Assembly (NCBI GenBank): GCA_001029735.1
Contig: CP011213.1
Coordinates: 524,613 to 588,612, forward strand
DNA length: 64,000 nucleotides
Reading direction: 5' to 3'
DNA from: Berkelbacteria bacterium GW2011_GWE1_39_12
GTDB taxonomy: Bacteria > Patescibacteriota > UBA1384 > UBA12157
A program made the position numbers and the translations under genes. Under the pieces are notes generated by a model. The model was not told the origin of the DNA. It saw only the letters and a list, made by a program, of their open reading frames with translations, and did not search any database. Below are positions 21,425 to 32,751 of this stretch, piece after piece. Each line of letters opens with the position of its first letter. The stretch's first letter is position 1.

Positions 21425-22091
21425 CGATTTAACAAAATCGGGAAGAGGCGAAAACGATTTAAAACTCGGCCTCCCAGAAAAAGAAGAAGATTTCTATCGT
21501 GACTTAGACAGAAAAACTTCACACAAAAGTTGTTGTACTTGCCAGACATTGGCAATATTTTTTACCTGTTTATTATTGATTTTTTCAGGTTTAATTATTT
21601 TTATTTATTGGCAAATCACCAGAGGAGAGGTGCCAAATTTTAATGTTAAAAAGAGCGCTGAGGTTTTGAATTTGGAAAATAAATTGATGGGTACAAAACC
21701 AGACATTCAAAATAAATACGAAATAAGATTAACAAGTGATGAAATTAATTCATTACTAACAGGTGGTCTTTCGTTCCAAGATTTTTTATTAAAAGATACT
21801 ACAGTCAGTATAAATCCCAACGAAGTATTGATTTATGGAAACTTAGTAAAACCCTTTAATGCAAGAATTATACTATCAGTTGCACCGCAAGTTAAAAATA
21901 ATAAAATTGCCTTCAAAGTGATAAAAACCACGGCAGGGAATATTACTTTACCTGCGGTAGTAAATAAGAAGATTGAGACCAATCTGAATTTTTTGATTGA
22001 TCAAAAAATGGCGAAGTTTTATCAAAAGGCAAGTGTGACAGATGAAATTTTATTGAATAATGAATTATTAATTAAGGGCGTATCAAAATAA
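21408..22091 (+). CDS. Membrane-anchored hypothetical protein
   Basis: 227-aa ORF, Cys cluster CCTCQ followed by one TM. Confidence 0.7.
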   Translation: MEQKSNDLTKSGRGENDLKLGLPEKEEDFYRDLDRKTSHKSCCTCQTLAIFFTCLLLIFSGLIIFIYWQITRGEVPNFNVKKSAEVLNLENKLMGTKPDIQNKYEIRLTSDEINSLLTGGLSFQDFLLKDTTVSINPNEVLIYGNLVKPFNARIILSVAPQVKNNKIAFKVIKTTAGNITLPAVVNKKIETNLNFLIDQKMAKFYQKASVTDEILLNNELLIKGVSK

Positions 22092-22110
22092 TTATCTCCA
22101 AAGGAGAAAA

Positions 22111-22374
22111 ATGCAAATTGCTTTTATGATTATCATTGCTCTGTTAGGAGCTGCTCTTGCTATGTCGCGCCGTGAAACCCGTGTATCGTTAGGGTTGTTG
22201 ATCGTAGCAGTATCTTTTGTTCTACAAATCGAAGGTTTGGCGTCTGGTTTTTGGTTAGATGCGTTAATGGCTCTATCATTAATCGTTTTTGCCTTTGGTG
22301 TCTATGTTTTAATTAGCCGGAATGAGGGTAAAAAAAATGAGAAAGAAGATAAAATTGAACCAGAAAAAGAGTAA
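22111..22374 (+). CDS. Small membrane protein
   Basis: AGGAG SD, three hydrophobic helices. Confidence 0.7.
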   Translation: MQIAFMIIIALLGAALAMSRRETRVSLGLLIVAVSFVLQIEGLASGFWLDALMALSLIVFAFGVYVLISRNEGKKNEKEDKIEPEKE

Positions 22375-22515
22375 TATTTAATTTTGCATGGATGGGAAAC
22401 TAATCCCAAAGCATATGGGATTTAGATTTTTAAGAAAAACTTAGGAAGAGCAGATACGGTAAAATTTTCAAAAATGAAATGCCTCACTAAGCCAACGTTT
22501 GACGCTGAATTTTCA
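22365..22515 (+). pseudogene. Possible degraded alpha/beta hydrolase (YdeN/RBBP9-like) fragment
   Basis: Broken frames read KRVI / LILHGWETNP / KPTFDA, resembling the family N-terminus. Confidence 0.3.
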
Positions 22516-22575
22516 AATTCAAGATAATACTGTTTCACAATTTCCAAACAGGAGAAAATATGGTAAAATTCAAGT

Positions 22576-23982
22576 ATGATAAATGACCGAATTAAATTTA
22601 CGGTAGATCATCGCTTGGATTTGCTTGAGGAAAAAGCAATTGAAGTGGTTAAAGTGCTACAAAAAAATAATTTCGAATGTTATTTTGCCGGCGGGGCAGT
22701 TCGGGATCTATTGTTAAACAGAAAAATATGCGATATCGATATTGCCACTTCAGCTAAGCAAGACGAAGTCAAGAAGTTGTTTCCAATTACTGAGGACAGG
22801 GGCAAATCATTCGGAGTCATTGTGGTAAAAATGGGAAAGTTTGAATTTGAAGTTGCCACATTTCGTAAGGATATCGGAACTACAGACCATCGTCGACCAA
22901 AAGAAACTGAATTTACCTCTGCAGAAGAGGATGCCAAGAGACGTGATTTTACAATTAACGGTCTTTTTTACGATCCAGTCAAAGAAGAAATTATCGATTA
23001 TGTCGAAGGCATTAAAGATATCAAAAATAAGGTCATCCGTTTTATTGGTAATCCTACCGAGAGAATAAATGAAGATTATCTTCGTCTGTTAAGGGCTATT
23101 CGTTTTGCTGGAAGACTAGATTTTCAAATTGAAGAAAATACCTTTGAAGCTATCAAAAAGAACGCTGACAAGATAAAGTTGATTTCTGTAGAAAGAATAA
23201 GAGATGAATTAAGTAAAATTTTACAAAATGAAAATAGATCCTTAAGTCTTGAAATTCTTTCCCGAACGAAGCTACTCAAAGAATTATTTCCAGAACTTGA
23301 AGCGTTAAAGAACGTTCCGCATCCACCGGAATTTCATAGCGAAGGAGACGTTTGGACTCATAATCTTCTAGCGTTGAATAATATTAACGATTTACCAAAA
23401 GAATCAGTAACCGAAGAATTAGTTTGGGCAGTACTACTTCATGATATTGCTAAGCCTGAGACCATTGGTTTTAGAGCAACACAAGGAAAGACTAAAATTA
23501 CTTTCTTTGATCATGATGTACGTTCGGCTGAAAAAGCCAAGAGTATCCTTGAACGAATGCGATTTTCGCATAGTTTTATAAACGCAGTGGTTTGGGCGAT
23601 TTCCCAGCACATGAGAATCGTGCATGCTTTTACCGGTATGAGTGAGCGTAAGCAAAAAAAATTATTTCTTGATGAAAATATCCAACTACTGCTGGATCTG
23701 ACCTACGCTGATCTTTCTGCTAGTTTAAGGCCAAATGGTAAGCCTGATATGCAGTTGCATAATGACGCATTGGAGATGGCCGAAAGATTTTCGAGAGAAA
23801 TGAAAGATGAGGAAAAAAATCAAATGAAAAAATTTGATTTGGTAACCGGCAAAGATATAATGGAAATTTTAAAAATTCCGGCCAGTAAAGAAGTTGGTAA
23901 AATAAAATCGGAAATTGAAAAAGCTTACTTTGAAGGTAAAATTAACACTCGTGAAGAAGCTTTAAAAATGGTGAATAAATAA
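22576..23982 (+). CDS. cca: CCA tRNA nucleotidyltransferase with HD domain
   Basis: AGGAVRD, DIDIAT, RRDFTIN, EDYLRLLRAIRF and LLHDIAKP motifs. Confidence 0.88.
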   Translation: MINDRIKFTVDHRLDLLEEKAIEVVKVLQKNNFECYFAGGAVRDLLLNRKICDIDIATSAKQDEVKKLFPITEDRGKSFGVIVVKMGKFEFEVATFRKDIGTTDHRRPKETEFTSAEEDAKRRDFTINGLFYDPVKEEIIDYVEGIKDIKNKVIRFIGNPTERINEDYLRLLRAIRFAGRLDFQIEENTFEAIKKNADKIKLISVERIRDELSKILQNENRSLSLEILSRTKLLKELFPELEALKNVPHPPEFHSEGDVWTHNLLALNNINDLPKESVTEELVWAVLLHDIAKPETIGFRATQGKTKITFFDHDVRSAEKAKSILERMRFSHSFINAVVWAISQHMRIVHAFTGMSERKQKKLFLDENIQLLLDLTYADLSASLRPNGKPDMQLHNDALEMAERFSREMKDEEKNQMKKFDLVTGKDIMEILKIPASKEVGKIKSEIEKAYFEGKINTREEALKMVNK

Positions 23983-24104
23983 TGAAACAATCCAATATAC
24001 AGACAACTCGGAATTTTGTAATAATGGCAAATCAAAAGATTTGCGCGGAAATTACGATTCCGATAAAAGAAAGTTATTTAATTCGGGAGGTCTGCTATGG
24101 TTGA
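23982..24104 (+). pseudogene. Displaced, degenerate copy of the lepA 5' end (40-codon ORF)
   Basis: MKQSNIQTTRNFVIMA versus LepA MVEQSNIRNFVIIA; ATG overlaps the cca stop (TAATG). Confidence 0.6.
24024..24083 (+). repeat. GCGGA double-hairpin element, copy A
   Basis: ATG-GCAAATC aaaa GATTTGC-GCGGA-AATTA...TAATT. Confidence 0.7.
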
Positions 24105-25836
24105 ACAATCAAACATACGAAATTTCGTAATTATTGCTCATATCGATCATGGTAAATCGACATTGGCCGATCGAATGATTGAAGTGACTAAAACTGTCGA
24201 GATAAATAAAATCAAACCGCAAATGTTAGACACAATGGATTTGGAAAGGGAACGTGGTATAACGATTAAACTTCAGCCAGTGAGAATGAACTTTCATTGC
24301 GGCGGCAATGATTATATTTTGAATTTAATTGACACTCCTGGTCACGTTGATTTTTCGTATGAAGTTTCAAGGTCTCTTGCCGCGGTCGAAGGAGCAGTCC
24401 TTGTTGTTGATGCAACTAAAGGTATTCAAGCACAAACATTAGCTAATCTTCAGCATGCTATTGATAATAATTTAATCATTATTCCGGTTATAAATAAAAT
24501 TGATTTACCTAACGCACAGATCGAAGAAGTGGAGAAGGAAATTTCAGAGCTATTAAAAATCGATCAGAACCAAATATTGAAAGTGTCGGCAAAAACTGGC
24601 CAGGGCGTCACTGAAATTTTAGAAAAAATTATTTCGTTAATTCCTGCCCCAAAAGGCAAGAGGGAAGCGCCGTTTAAAGCTTTAATCTTTGATTCAGTTT
24701 ACGATTCATATCGAGGGGTGATTGCTTATGTCAAAGTTTTCGAAGGCAGATTAGAAATAGGCGACAAGATTAATTTCTTTGCTACCAAAAAAATAGGTGA
24801 GACCGTTGAAGTAGGGGAATTTAAACTCAAATATCAAGCAACTGACGAATTGGTAGCAGGGGAGATCGGTTATATTGTGACCGGTGCTAAATCAATTTCC
24901 GAAGTTCAGGTTGGTGACACCATCGCCTCCCAATCCCCTGAAGACGTCTCCCCTATTGAAGGTTACAAAAAACCTCAGTCTTTTGTCTTTGCTAGTTTTT
25001 TTACTGTCGGCAGTGATGTTAATCATCTTCGCACTGCTCTGGATAAATTGGTTTTAAATGATTCAAGTTTGAATTTTAGCCCTGAAAATTCCGAAGCATT
25101 TGGTCATGGTTTTCGTTGTGGTTTTCTTGGGTTGCTTCATTTGGAGATTGTTAAAGAACGCTTAGAGCGGGAATACAACTTAGATTTAGTTATTACTCAG
25201 CCATCAGTAGAATATAAGGTTCATGATGAAGGCTCAAAAATAGAGTACGAAGAACCATGGGTGAACTTGGAAATTATTACGCCGTCACAGTATTTGGGAC
25301 AGGTAATGGAGCTAATTCAAAACAAGCGCGCTGTTTATCAAGATACAAAATATTTTGGCGACCGTGCAGTCTTGTACTATGAATGTCCCCTTTCGGAGAT
25401 CATCGTCCAGTTTTACGATCAGCTAAAATCAGTATCTTCTGGGTATGCGTCGCAAAACTACGAGATGATTGGGTGGAGGCAGGGAGATTTAGCGAAATTA
25501 GACGTTCTAGTCGCTGGAGACAAAGTCGATGAATTTGGCAAGATTGTTCCCCGAACTCGAGTTGATAGTGAGGCAAAAAGTTTAGCCCTAAAATTAAAAA
25601 ATTTAATTCCCAAACAAATGTTCGAAGTTTCAATTCAAATTGTTATCGGTGGAAAAATTATCGCTCGTGAAAATATCTCGGCTATGAAAAAAGATGTTAT
25701 CGCCAAACTCTATGGTGGAGACATTACTCGTAAAAATAAACTTCTAAAGAAGCAAGCTGCGGGTAAGAAAAAAATGAAACAAATGGGCCGCTTGCAAATA
25801 CCCGACGAAGTTTTCATGGAAATATTAAAGCAATAG
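24097..25836 (+). CDS. lepA: Elongation factor 4 (LepA)
   Basis: AHIDHGKSTLADR, RERGITIK, DTPGHVDF, GFRCGFLGLLH and KLYGGDITRK motifs. Confidence 0.97.
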   Translation: MVEQSNIRNFVIIAHIDHGKSTLADRMIEVTKTVEINKIKPQMLDTMDLERERGITIKLQPVRMNFHCGGNDYILNLIDTPGHVDFSYEVSRSLAAVEGAVLVVDATKGIQAQTLANLQHAIDNNLIIIPVINKIDLPNAQIEEVEKEISELLKIDQNQILKVSAKTGQGVTEILEKIISLIPAPKGKREAPFKALIFDSVYDSYRGVIAYVKVFEGRLEIGDKINFFATKKIGETVEVGEFKLKYQATDELVAGEIGYIVTGAKSISEVQVGDTIASQSPEDVSPIEGYKKPQSFVFASFFTVGSDVNHLRTALDKLVLNDSSLNFSPENSEAFGHGFRCGFLGLLHLEIVKERLEREYNLDLVITQPSVEYKVHDEGSKIEYEEPWVNLEIITPSQYLGQVMELIQNKRAVYQDTKYFGDRAVLYYECPLSEIIVQFYDQLKSVSSGYASQNYEMIGWRQGDLAKLDVLVAGDKVDEFGKIVPRTRVDSEAKSLALKLKNLIPKQMFEVSIQIVIGGKIIARENISAMKKDVIAKLYGGDITRKNKLLKKQAAGKKKMKQMGRLQIPDEVFMEILKQ

Positions 25837-25857
25837 TCAAAATTTTTGTGGAGGAAA

Positions 25858-26097
25858 ATGGAAATTATAAAACTTGATGGTGCAAACATCGATATTGATC
25901 TTACGTCGAATGACAAGACTTCGTGGAAACAGGCCCAATGTCCTTGGAATAAAGCCGAAGGTGCTAATTTACATAGATGCGCTGTTAAAAATACCTCAAT
26001 TTGTTCCTATTTTTGCGGAATCGAGTATGAAGATACTGTTATGTGTTGTTATCCTGATAAAAATATTTCGGTAGATAAAGAAAAACAGAAAATATAA
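25858..26097 (+). CDS. Small Cys-rich hypothetical protein
   Basis: GGAGG SD; CPW..HRC..ICSYFCG..MCCY. Confidence 0.7.
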   Translation: MEIIKLDGANIDIDLTSNDKTSWKQAQCPWNKAEGANLHRCAVKNTSICSYFCGIEYEDTVMCCYPDKNISVDKEKQKI

Positions 26098-26114
26098 GTT
26101 GTAAAGTCTCGAAC

Positions 26115-26738
26115 TTATAATTTTTTTGAGTGATCTCTGATTTCTTTATTTAGAACTTTGCCTTCGTCATCAATCTCATAAACATGAATAACTCCAGTGC
26201 CGATTTCCAATTCGGCGATTTTATCGTCCGGAATATTTTCCAAATGTTTAACGATGGCACGAAGAGAATTGCCATGTGCGGCCACAATCACATTATGGCC
26301 GGATTTAAGATCATTTAAAATGTGTTCTTCATAGTAAGGAATAGCGCGTTCAAAAGTATCTTTTAAACTTTCGCCGTTTGGCGGAGCCACATCCCAGCTG
26401 CGGCGATAAAGTTTAAACTTTTCTTCACCGAATTTGGCTCTGGCCTCGTCTTTGTTCATGCCAGTTAGATCACCATAGTGTCGCTCTTTAATGGCCGGAT
26501 GTTTTTTTACATCGATATCGGTATGATTATTTTCTTTTAAAATGATATCTAACGTCTCTTGGGCGCGTTTCAAATCAGAAGTGTGCGCTTTGTGTAGCGT
26601 GATATCGGAAATTAAATTTGCCGCTTGCTTTGCTTCTTCCCGGCCTTTGTCTGAAAGCTCGACGTTGGTAAAGCCGGTCCATTTATTTAACAAATTCCAT
26701 TTTGATTGACCGTGTCGAACCAATATCAAATAAGACAT
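26115..26738 (-). CDS. gpmA: 2,3-bisphosphoglycerate-dependent phosphoglycerate mutase
   Basis: RHGQSKWN, ERHYGDL and AHGNSLRA motifs. Confidence 0.95.
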   Translation of the reverse strand: MSYLILVRHGQSKWNLLNKWTGFTNVELSDKGREEAKQAANLISDITLHKAHTSDLKRAQETLDIILKENNHTDIDVKKHPAIKERHYGDLTGMNKDEARAKFGEEKFKLYRRSWDVAPPNGESLKDTFERAIPYYEEHILNDLKSGHNVIVAAHGNSLRAIVKHLENIPDDKIAELEIGTGVIHVYEIDDEGKVLNKEIRDHSKKL

Positions 26739-26768
26739 TTTAATAATCCTCTCTAAATGTAAATAAAG

Positions 26769-28100
<1,332 letters not shown>

Positions 28101-28159
28101 TCACAACTTCCGCTTTTCAAGCTAAAATTAATATATACAAAATTATAGAAAGGGATAAC

Positions 28160-29356
28160 TTGACTAATTTTAACAAGTCCAAACTTCGGTTTCCGTTTTC
28201 CTATTTAATTGTTTTGATTCTTATTATTTATGTCATTATTGTTTTGTTTTTACCTATGCCTAAAATTTCGGCAACTTCTAACGAAATTATGGTCGACCCA
28301 GTGAATGGGAAATTGATATGGCCAACTTATGGACAGTCAGCTGTTGGCGTAGAAAATTATGGTGTTTTAGCGACGAATGGTGAGCAAAAAGCGGCACCAA
28401 TCGCCAGTATCGCCAAGACCATGGTTGCTTTATCAGTGTTAAAAGAAAGGCCGTTAAAGATTGGTGAGCAGGGTCCGATGATTACAATGACAGCTAATGA
28501 TGAAGAGTTTTTCAGACAGGATTTTGCTCAAAATGGATCAGTAGTCCCGATAAGAATTGGTGAAGAGCTTTCTGAGTATCAAGCGATCCAGGCCTTATTA
28601 TTGCCATCAGGAGATAATATTGCTAGTACGCTTGCTGTTTGGGCATTCGGATCTGTTGAGGAATATCTAACCTATGCTAATAATTTGGCTAAAGATTTGG
28701 GTTTGGAGCAGACTTATTTCGCAGATGCATCGGGTCTTTCTCCTCAGACAGTAAGTTCGGCACAGAATCTGGTTGTGCTGGGTGAAAAAGTGATGGCGGA
28801 ACCGGTATTAGCCGAGATCGTTGGACAATCAAGCGTGACTTTACCAGTAGCGGGGAAAGTCAATAATTACAATACTATTTTAGGAATTGAAAATATTGTC
28901 GGCATTAAGACAGGAAACACAGACGAAGCTGGTGGCTGCTTCCTATTTGCTTCAAAGAGAAGCATTGGTAGTAAGGAAGCGATGGTTATAGGTGTTATTT
29001 TAGGCGCAACAAGTAGAAATCAAGCACTTTCTGATACCAAAACTTTCCTTCGTTCAAATAGCTCAAATTTTGTTTCGCAAACAGTGGTAAGTGAAGGTCA
29101 GATTGTTGGTAGTTATAGATTGCCTTGGGGTAAAGAAGTTAATATTTTAGCAAAAGATGATCTTTCAGTCATAACTATTCCAGGTGCTAAACAGGAAATT
29201 AAGGCTAATTTTTCCAGTATAAATAAATCCACGAATAAAGGCTCAGAAGTTGGCAGAATTTCGGTTTCATCTGGTACGAATGAGATTTCGGTATCAGGTA
29301 TTCTTGATGAAAAAGTTTCCAAACCGCCGTTTTTCTGGAAACTTCTTCATCCTTAA
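28160..29356 (+). CDS. D-alanyl-D-alanine carboxypeptidase (PBP5/S11 family)
   Basis: SIAK (SxxK), SGDN and KTG motifs; N-terminal TM. Confidence 0.88.
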   Translation: MTNFNKSKLRFPFSYLIVLILIIYVIIVLFLPMPKISATSNEIMVDPVNGKLIWPTYGQSAVGVENYGVLATNGEQKAAPIASIAKTMVALSVLKERPLKIGEQGPMITMTANDEEFFRQDFAQNGSVVPIRIGEELSEYQAIQALLLPSGDNIASTLAVWAFGSVEEYLTYANNLAKDLGLEQTYFADASGLSPQTVSSAQNLVVLGEKVMAEPVLAEIVGQSSVTLPVAGKVNNYNTILGIENIVGIKTGNTDEAGGCFLFASKRSIGSKEAMVIGVILGATSRNQALSDTKTFLRSNSSNFVSQTVVSEGQIVGSYRLPWGKEVNILAKDDLSVITIPGAKQEIKANFSSINKSTNKGSEVGRISVSSGTNEISVSGILDEKVSKPPFFWKLLHP

Positions 29357-29518
29357 ATAACCAATCTTTAGTTCTAATAAATAACAATATTTTTTCACCG
29401 AGTTGTTATAAGAAAAAACAATATTTTTGCAGAATATTGTTTTTTTAGACGAAGAATATGACTTAGGATGATAGGAAAATAAAATCATCAACTAAATGTT
29501 TTGACTAGAAAGGAAAAA

Positions 29519-29782
29519 ATGAGCTGGATTATTACGATTATCGTTGGTGGTTTAATTGGATGGATTGCTAATGGTATCTATAAAACTGGGCACATGCACG
29601 GTTTGTTAGTAGATATCGTTGTTGGTATCGTGGGCTCTCTGCTCGGTAAATATGTTTTTTATGATTTATTGGGAATTGGTTCAGCAGCGAGTTCAGGAAG
29701 TTTTAGCTTTTTCGGTATTTTTTGGGGAGTAATTGGAGCAATTATCCTCATATCCATCTTGCGATTATTAAAAATCTACTAA
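29519..29782 (+). CDS. GlsB/YeaQ/YmgE family stress-response membrane protein
   Basis: IIVGGLIGWIA..IVVGIVGSLLG..GVIGAIILI pattern. Confidence 0.88.
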   Translation: MSWIITIIVGGLIGWIANGIYKTGHMHGLLVDIVVGIVGSLLGKYVFYDLLGIGSAASSGSFSFFGIFWGVIGAIILISILRLLKIY

Positions 29783-29788
29783 TTTACA

Positions 29789-29977
29789 ATGAACCAAAAT
29801 ACTTTTTATGTATTGCTTTCAATCGGGAGCATAATATCGAGTCTGTTTTACATCTTAATAATATTAATTATTCTTTTTCTGACTGTTAAGTTAGTTAAAA
29901 TATTTAAAACCATTAACCATGGTTTTAAATATTTAAGTGACATAAAGGAAATGATAAAAAAGATAATAAATAATTAG
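29789..29977 (+). CDS. Small membrane protein
   Basis: 62-aa ORF in operon context, one TM. Confidence 0.55.
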   Translation: MNQNTFYVLLSIGSIISSLFYILIILIILFLTVKLVKIFKTINHGFKYLSDIKEMIKKIINN

Positions 29978-29987
29978 AAAGGCGAAA

Positions 29988-30299
29988 ATGAAAAAAGAAT
30001 TTTTCATTGGTCTAATGATCGGATTAATAAGTGGTGCCACGGCTGGAATATTACTTGCACCAAAAAAAGGCGAGGAGACACAAAGAGACATTAATGATGC
30101 GATGGCCAACTTAAAAACCACTATCACTGGAAAAATTGCCAATTTGGGAAAAATGAGCCGTCAAAAGTTTAATGAAATTATTGACTCGACTTTTGATGAA
30201 ATTGATGATCTAAAAAGTCTCTCGGTAAATGAAAAAGATGAGTTGAAAGAAAAGTTAAAAAACAAATATGATCAGGTAAGGGAAGTGATAGAAGGATAA
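29988..30299 (+). CDS. YtxH domain protein
   Basis: FFIGLMIGLISGATAGILLAPKKGEETQ signature. Confidence 0.88.
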   Translation: MKKEFFIGLMIGLISGATAGILLAPKKGEETQRDINDAMANLKTTITGKIANLGKMSRQKFNEIIDSTFDEIDDLKSLSVNEKDELKEKLKNKYDQVREVIEG

Positions 30300-30348
30300 T
30301 ACGGCAAGGTATGGCAAAAATGGCTGCAAACGTTCCACCTTCGAACAT

Positions 30349-31275
30349 TCATGAAATTTTCTTCAAAACTTTTTTAAGATCAAATCCTGTTGAGTATAAA
30401 ATTGAAGAAAATAAATCTCCCTTCTTTTTAAGTCGAGCCGTTACTGTTTTCAAATTAAAATCTTCCGGGTTTAAGCCGCTTCTTATTTCCTCCCAATCAA
30501 GAGGGACTGATACAGTAGCTTTTATGGCTGGACGAACTGAATAAGGTGCAACGGTTGTTTTGTCTAATCCGTTTTGTAACCAATCTAAATATACCTTACC
30601 TTTTCTTTTTTTTGGGCTTCTTTCCAGACTAGTAAAATCTGCTGCCTTGCGATGTGCTAAGTTTGCAATAATCTCTGCCAATGTCTTTATTTGTGCGTAA
30701 TCGTATTTAGCGCCTGTAGGCAGATAGATATGTAGGCCTCTTTTTCCAGAAGTTTTTGGGTAACCCTCAATATTAAGATCGTCTAAAATCTCTTTAATTA
30801 TTAAAGCCGTCTTTATGACGTTATCAAAAGAGCTTTCAACAGGATCAAGATCAAGTATTAAATAGTCAGGTTTTTCGAAATCTGGGCCTTTTGAAGCCCA
30901 GGGATTTATTTCAATACAGCCCAGATTCACCACATAAATTAAAGAGGCAAGATCGTTAATGATTAAATACTTAGTTAAACTATTTTCCATCTTGCTGACT
31001 GTTTTAGTTTCAATCCAATCGGGTAGATTTAAATTGGAAGTGTCTTTTTGAAAAAAACCTAATCCTTTAATTCCATCTGGTGTTCGAAAAAGTGATTCAG
31101 GCCTTCCTTCTAAATACGGTAGAATAAACGGTGCGATTTCTGTATAAAAATTTATTAAATCTAATTTAGAGATTTTTTCTTCTGGCCAAAATATTTTCGA
31201 TGGATTCGAAATTTTAACTTTTTTGTTTTCAAGTGTTAATATCATTTCAGAATTTTGATTTATTAATTTCGGCAT
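30349..31275 (-). CDS. ligD: LigD primase-polymerase domain protein (NHEJ)
   Basis: FFQKD, LDLDP, KTSGKRGLHIY and APYSVRP motifs. Confidence 0.92.
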   Translation of the reverse strand: MPKLINQNSEMILTLENKKVKISNPSKIFWPEEKISKLDLINFYTEIAPFILPYLEGRPESLFRTPDGIKGLGFFQKDTSNLNLPDWIETKTVSKMENSLTKYLIINDLASLIYVVNLGCIEINPWASKGPDFEKPDYLILDLDPVESSFDNVIKTALIIKEILDDLNIEGYPKTSGKRGLHIYLPTGAKYDYAQIKTLAEIIANLAHRKAADFTSLERSPKKRKGKVYLDWLQNGLDKTTVAPYSVRPAIKATVSVPLDWEEIRSGLNPEDFNLKTVTARLKKKGDLFSSILYSTGFDLKKVLKKIS

Positions 31276-32749
31276 CTTCGAAAGTTACCTCATTAGGATT
31301 TTTGTCTTCTCTTAAACCTAAGAAGACGGCTTGTCTCAACATTTTATCTTTTGTCAGTTCTTGGTACCTAATCTCAATGACTATATCCGGAGCAACCCAT
31401 GTTGAATTCGGAAGCCGATTAAAATTTCCAAAAGGGGAATCCTTAATAATTTTTTGTCTTAGTTTTGAGTAGAACATTTCAAGATCTTTTTCTGTAAAAC
31501 CGGTCCCAACTCCACCGATAAACCTAAACTTATCTTTTTCAAAAATTCCTACTAATAATGATCCGAAGTATTTTCTGCCATTTTTGGGCTTTGTAAAGCC
31601 ACCAACCACAACTTCTTGCTGGGTTAAGGCTTTAATCTTTAGCCAATCTTTTGATCGAACTCCTTCGTGATATAAGCTATCCTTTTTCTTAGCGATAATT
31701 CCTTCGATGTTGTTTATTTTTGCTATTTCGAAAAATCTTTTTCCCTCTTTTTCGATAAATTCAGATTTCTTTAAATACGGAAGATCGGTAAGTATTTCGT
31801 CGAGGATTTGTTTCCTTTTAGTTAAGGGCAATACTTCGCAATTCTTCCCAGAAATATTCAAAACGTCAAAAACATAGTATATTAAATTACCCTCTTTAGT
31901 TTTTGAATAATCTTGAATTAAATGAAAATCTGGGTATCCCTTATCATTTAGAACCGTAATTTCTCCATCGAGTATACAATCAATGCTCAATTTTTTAAGC
32001 GATGAAACTAATTCGGGAAATCTTTTATTTAAAGATAATTGATTTCTTGAGATTAATTCAACTGAGCCATTTTTAATTAGCGCTAATGCTCGATAGCCGT
32101 CCCACTTAATTTCATAAAGCCAGTCTGGACTATCAAAAGGTTCGTGCACTAAAGTAGTCATCATTGGTTTGGCCATTTTAATATCTTTTGGTGGAAGTGA
32201 ACTTAGATCTAACTTTCCGCCTTTAAGCCAAAATACTTCTTTTTCGTTTTTAACTGGCTCTTCACTAAATTTTTTTTCCCTCGAAAATTCATCATTAGCT
32301 TTTATAAATAGCCAATAATTTTCCCCTTTAATTTTTTGTATTTTTACCAAAGCAAACTCGCCTTTAAGTTTTTTTCCTTTCAGCAAAAAAGTCAGGTGGC
32401 CGCTTTCTAAATTTTTATTATCTAAAAACTTATATTTACCTTTGTCCCAAATTTCTACCGTACCAGCGCCATAGTTACCCTCGGGAATCACTCCTTCGAA
32501 ATTTATATATTCTAAAGGATGGTCTTCGACTTGAACAGCCAATCTTTTTATTTTTGGATCTAATGTCGGTTTTTTTGGAATTGCCCAGCTTTTTAAAACG
32601 CCTTCCATTTGCAATCTAAAATCATAATGAAGATGCGATGCGTTGTGCTTTTGAATTACAAAATTTGAATCGGAACTACCCGTCAATTTTCCGAAGGGCT
32701 CCGGTGTTTTTTTGAATCGCCTTTTTGTTCGATATTTTCCTAAGGCCAC
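31247..32749 (-). CDS. ligD: LigD 3'-phosphoesterase plus ATP-dependent ligase domains
   Basis: FVIQKHNASHLHYDFRL, EDHPLEY, EIKWDGYR and EGIIAKK motifs. Confidence 0.93.
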   Translation of the reverse strand: MALGKYRTKRRFKKTPEPFGKLTGSSDSNFVIQKHNASHLHYDFRLQMEGVLKSWAIPKKPTLDPKIKRLAVQVEDHPLEYINFEGVIPEGNYGAGTVEIWDKGKYKFLDNKNLESGHLTFLLKGKKLKGEFALVKIQKIKGENYWLFIKANDEFSREKKFSEEPVKNEKEVFWLKGGKLDLSSLPPKDIKMAKPMMTTLVHEPFDSPDWLYEIKWDGYRALALIKNGSVELISRNQLSLNKRFPELVSSLKKLSIDCILDGEITVLNDKGYPDFHLIQDYSKTKEGNLIYYVFDVLNISGKNCEVLPLTKRKQILDEILTDLPYLKKSEFIEKEGKRFFEIAKINNIEGIIAKKKDSLYHEGVRSKDWLKIKALTQQEVVVGGFTKPKNGRKYFGSLLVGIFEKDKFRFIGGVGTGFTEKDLEMFYSKLRQKIIKDSPFGNFNRLPNSTWVAPDIVIEIRYQELTKDKMLRQAVFLGLREDKNPNEVTFEDAEINKSKF

Positions 32750-32751
32750 TT

